Part shown: positions 61,477 through 64,000 of the stretch, piece after piece
Position numbering within the stretch: the first letter of the stretch is position 1
Layout of the letters: each line of letters opens with the position of its first letter
Origin: a virus
Taxonomy: Duplodnaviria > Heunggongvirae > Uroviricota > Caudoviricetes
Reading direction: 5' to 3' (one strand)
Length of the DNA stretch: 64,000 nt
IMG/VR virus record: IMGVR_UViG_3300037279_000046
Notes under the pieces: model-generated
What the model was told of the DNA's origin: nothing
What the model saw: only the letters and a program-made list of their open reading frames with translations
Databases searched by the model: none
Program-made: the position numbers and the translations under genes

Positions 61477-61992
61477 TTACTTAACGAGATTGCGGAGTTC
61501 AGGAGGCAACGCATTTGTATCGATGTTGACAGTCTTAACTTTAGAAGCTTGGATCTGAGCAACACGATTGTTAATAGCTACTTCAACTTCTTTGCGGTCT
61601 GTATCAGTAGAGAGTGTAGTGAGCAATGCTCGCATAGCCTTCAACTGAGGATCGCTGGAGCCAATACGTGAACCAGGGTTTTTAGCGGAGTAATTAGCCC
61701 CACCATTCAGTCGTTTGTCTTTGCGTAACCAGTTAGACTGGAGACCAGATACGTATCCTTTAAGGTCTGAGTCGCCGCGAGTACTATCAAGTTCGATGGT
61801 GCGAGCAGTGAATCCCTCAAACAGGATAGCATTCACTTGACTGCGTAGTTCTCGGTTCATAAGAGCTCCAACATTGGTTCCTTCAGTAAAGGCAATGTTG
61901 TTCTCCTTCAGAACAGAGATGACTGCATTATAGACCGCTTCCTTCTGTGACATCTTGGACATAAAAGTCCTCCTCATAAAAATAGATAACAT
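61477..61992 (-). CDS. hypothetical protein
   Basis: 171-aa ORF. Confidence 0.5.
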   Translation of the reverse strand: MLSIFMRRTFMSKMSQKEAVYNAVISVLKENNIAFTEGTNVGALMNRELRSQVNAILFEGFTARTIELDSTRGDSDLKGYVSGLQSNWLRKDKRLNGGANYSAKNPGSRIGSSDPQLKAMRALLTTLSTDTDRKEVEVAINNRVAQIQASKVKTVNIDTNALPPELRNLVK

Positions 61993-62016
61993 AATTGTTA
62001 TCTAATAGAAACTAAA

Positions 62017-62589
62017 TTATTCGTTAAATTCACCCGGAAAATCTTCCAATTCTCCGTCTTGTAAATCGTCATCGTCGGTTGATACTAATGGAACGAATTC
62101 ATCTCCGTCCCATTCCCCTTCGATTTCTTCATCAATTTTACCCGCGGTCTCGAGAGCATAGATTTCGTCTTCATCCTCATCGTCAATTGCTGGATTGTAT
62201 TTACTCATCGGCATTTCCTCCTCATTAATTAACATGTTTTCAATATGTTGATTCATCTCAGCCTCAACGACCTGCCGCAATGCCTCAAACGTTTCAGCCT
62301 CTCGTGTTACACCAGGCGTAAGTGTTACATCACCAGCGATGATAGCATCGTAATGCGCATCCAGTACATCTTTATTGTTCATGTATAATGCTTTGGCTGC
62401 AAACCAATTAGCTGCAGCATAACGATCAGGATCTAAGATTTCTTGCTGACGAATATGATCTGGGTGATTAGTATTGAACCTCTGGCGCCACATGACCCAT
62501 GTGGACACTTCTACTGCGGTCTTAAGGCATGTACCTATCATTGACCACATCTCAGCTACGTCAGGTTGTTCATTGCTCATGGTATTCAC
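62017..62589 (-). CDS. hypothetical protein with acidic C-terminal tail
   Basis: 190 aa. Confidence 0.5.
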   Translation of the reverse strand: MNTMSNEQPDVAEMWSMIGTCLKTAVEVSTWVMWRQRFNTNHPDHIRQQEILDPDRYAAANWFAAKALYMNNKDVLDAHYDAIIAGDVTLTPGVTREAETFEALRQVVEAEMNQHIENMLINEEEMPMSKYNPAIDDEDEDEIYALETAGKIDEEIEGEWDGDEFVPLVSTDDDDLQDGELEDFPGEFNE

Positions 62590-62596
62590 CGTACCC

Positions 62597-62998
62597 CTAA
62601 TTTGTATCGGATTGATACTGGTCGCCGAACAGTGCGCGTCTAGTTAGTTCTGACTTAACAGCTTCAAGGACTTTGTCTGTACGTCTAATGAAGCCATTCT
62701 CATGTACAATAATGATGTCTTCTAGCGTCTTGGTATTTGAAATCAGCAAGTTCTCAAGATATTTAGCGCTAGATTGCGCCTTCTTGCCCATGATCTCATT
62801 GTATCGTTCTTCTGCACACAGATCTTTTGCGCCATCTTCTTCAACGTCTTGCATCATAATACATACTTCGCGGTAGTTATCGCTATCTGAACGATCTATG
62901 CCCCACACGTCACATACTGCATCGCGATAGGCGTCACGAGTCAGATCCCTTATCTTTTCTTTCATTCGCTTTGTGCATCGTCGCGTCATAATAGTCAA
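62597..62998 (-). CDS. hypothetical protein
   Basis: 133-aa ORF. Confidence 0.45.
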   Translation of the reverse strand: MTIMTRRCTKRMKEKIRDLTRDAYRDAVCDVWGIDRSDSDNYREVCIMMQDVEEDGAKDLCAEERYNEIMGKKAQSSAKYLENLLISNTKTLEDIIIVHENGFIRRTDKVLEAVKSELTRRALFGDQYQSDTN

Positions 62999-63078
62999 AT
63001 TCCTTATAGCTCATTCGGTCTTCAAAGTCTACACCTAATAGGTGCATAAGCTTGATGAGTGATAGATATGTGGACCAT

Positions 63079-63345
63079 CTATTTAGAGTGCTCACTAATC
63101 TTCTCCATCTGAACATCGATGTCGTCAAGTGTATCCTTGAATGTATCGGCTGCAATAGCACACTTAAGGACCTTGTCATCGGTGAGTGGCTTAGATCCCA
63201 ACTCGCATCCGTAGTAATAGGCATCTCGCATGTCCATCGATTTAAATGGAGCACCCGCCATTACATCCACGAGCACCAAGATTGATGCACAGAGGACAAG
63301 GATGATACTGTACATGGCAATGCGATAGAAGATGGGATGTTTCAT
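63079..63345 (-). CDS. small membrane protein
   Basis: N-terminal TM helix. Confidence 0.4.
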   Translation of the reverse strand: MKHPIFYRIAMYSIILVLCASILVLVDVMAGAPFKSMDMRDAYYYGCELGSKPLTDDKVLKCAIAADTFKDTLDDIDVQMEKISEHSK

Positions 63346-63349
63346 ATAC

Positions 63350-63679
63350 CTACTTTAATAGAGTCCGTTCAATAATACTCGCCTCAATCTCAATCACTAA
63401 CATTCTGTGATAATCGCCATACCAGGGTGGTATAGCTCCACCGCTCTTTAGATCACTCAGAAGAATTTGTAGATATTTAACATTAAGCTTGCGAAGATCA
63501 GTGAGCAAAGCATTAAAGTTTCTCATACCTTCTTCGCTTTGCCCACTATAAGGATGACTGTCAAATATACGCTTATAACGAAATCGACGCTTCTGCAACT
63601 GATGCTTCTTGCGTGCTTGTTGTCTCTGCATCTTGGATGGCATTTCGTGTCTCCGTGATGCGATTATACGTAGGAACAA
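63350..63679 (-). CDS. hypothetical basic protein
   Basis: 109-aa ORF; the start is uncertain because of an out-of-frame overlap with 63573..63890. Confidence 0.35.
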   Translation of the reverse strand: MFLRIIASRRHEMPSKMQRQQARKKHQLQKRRFRYKRIFDSHPYSGQSEEGMRNFNALLTDLRKLNVKYLQILLSDLKSGGAIPPWYGDYHRMLVIEIEASIIERTLLK

Positions 63680-63890
63680 TTGACTCCATTGCTTCGATTG
63701 GATGCGAGTGTTGAGATACTTCTAAGATCTCTCCAGTCTCTTGGTCAATCGCTTCTGCAATCCACTCTGAGTCTTGCACACGAACCTCAAACATAAAACC
63801 GCTGAAGTCGTTACATACCCAGTTCTTATGAGCCTTGTGATTCCACAACATATATGGTTCTCCCTTATCTAGGTATCTTGTATCAGGCAT
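63573..63890 (-). CDS. hypothetical protein
   Basis: 105-aa ORF. Confidence 0.4.
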   Translation of the reverse strand: MPDTRYLDKGEPYMLWNHKAHKNWVCNDFSGFMFEVRVQDSEWIAEAIDQETGEILEVSQHSHPIEAMESIVPTYNRITETRNAIQDAETTSTQEASVAEASISL

Positions 63891-63911
63891 AGCGTCCAGC
63901 GCCTAGGCCGC

Positions 63912-63928
63912 TGGCGTAGCAGTGTCAG
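63912..63928. repeat. 17-nt motif GGCGTAGCAGTGTCAGT (copy 2), preceded by the hairpin CCAGCG-CCTAGGC-CGCTGG
   Basis: Identical to 55055-55071; lies about 20-35 nt upstream of the 63890 minus-strand start. Confidence 0.6.
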
Positions 63929-63944
63929 TTGTAGCGGGTGGGCT

Positions 63945-63986
63945 ACAACAAGGGAAATAAGAAACGGACCGCAGTTGCGGTCCGTT
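63945..63986 (-). terminator. Rho-independent terminator for a transcript entering from beyond the right edge
   Basis: Minus-strand hairpin AACGGACCGC-AACT-GCGGTCCGTT followed by TCTTATTTCCC. Confidence 0.55.
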
Positions 63987-64000
63987 AAAGAAAGATCATC

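Noticed and set aside
1-64000. CRISPR arrays, rRNA genes, integrase/transposase, att sites or prophage boundaries
   Set aside because: No repeat-spacer periodicity, no rRNA-like conserved stretches, and no recombinase motifs. Gene density and content fit a virion genome segment rather than an integrated island.

Overview
This 64 kb window appears to be an accessory or early-gene region of a large virulent phage. About 130 short, tightly packed or overlapping genes lie almost entirely on the minus strand. I found no integrase, transposase, rRNA or CRISPR array. The gene content resembles the T4-like superfamily or similar large phages: TATAAATA late-promoter motifs, an RNase H, a DexA-like DEDDh exonuclease, an ATP-dependent DNA ligase, a dCMP deaminase, several free-standing HNH, Endo VII-like and PD-(D/E)XK nuclease genes, and a minus-strand tRNA array interrupted by an HNH gene.

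Recognisable modules:
- Two glycine-rich repeat proteins at the left edge.
- A nucleotide-metabolism set: an HNH-dCMP deaminase fusion, a UDG-like protein, a thymidylate-synthase-fold enzyme whose conserved Asn is replaced by Asp (predicted pyrimidine hydroxymethylase), ThyX, and a class II ribonucleotide reductase.
- An NAD+ salvage/reconstitution cluster: NAMPT-like NadV, a macro domain protein, PRPP-synthetase-like Prs and an HD hydrolase, with a PPAT/NMNAT-like adenylyltransferase and a ParB-like nuclease nearby or elsewhere.
- A MoxR/CobS-like AAA+ ATPase paired with a VWA/metallopeptidase protein.
- Translation-support genes: peptide deformylase, PTH2 peptidyl-tRNA hydrolase and an Nfu-type Fe-S protein.
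- An unusually large protease complement: three ClpP-fold paralogs (one with a signal peptide), an SPFH/prohibitin-like membrane protein, a secreted subtilisin lipoprotein, a secreted zincin, and a classic AAA ATPase.

About nine tRNA or tRNA-like genes are present, seven of them in an array around 23.1-24.6 kb, and several have non-canonical features. All calls are from manual motif reading; coordinates of RNA genes and regulatory sites are approximate (+-2 nt).
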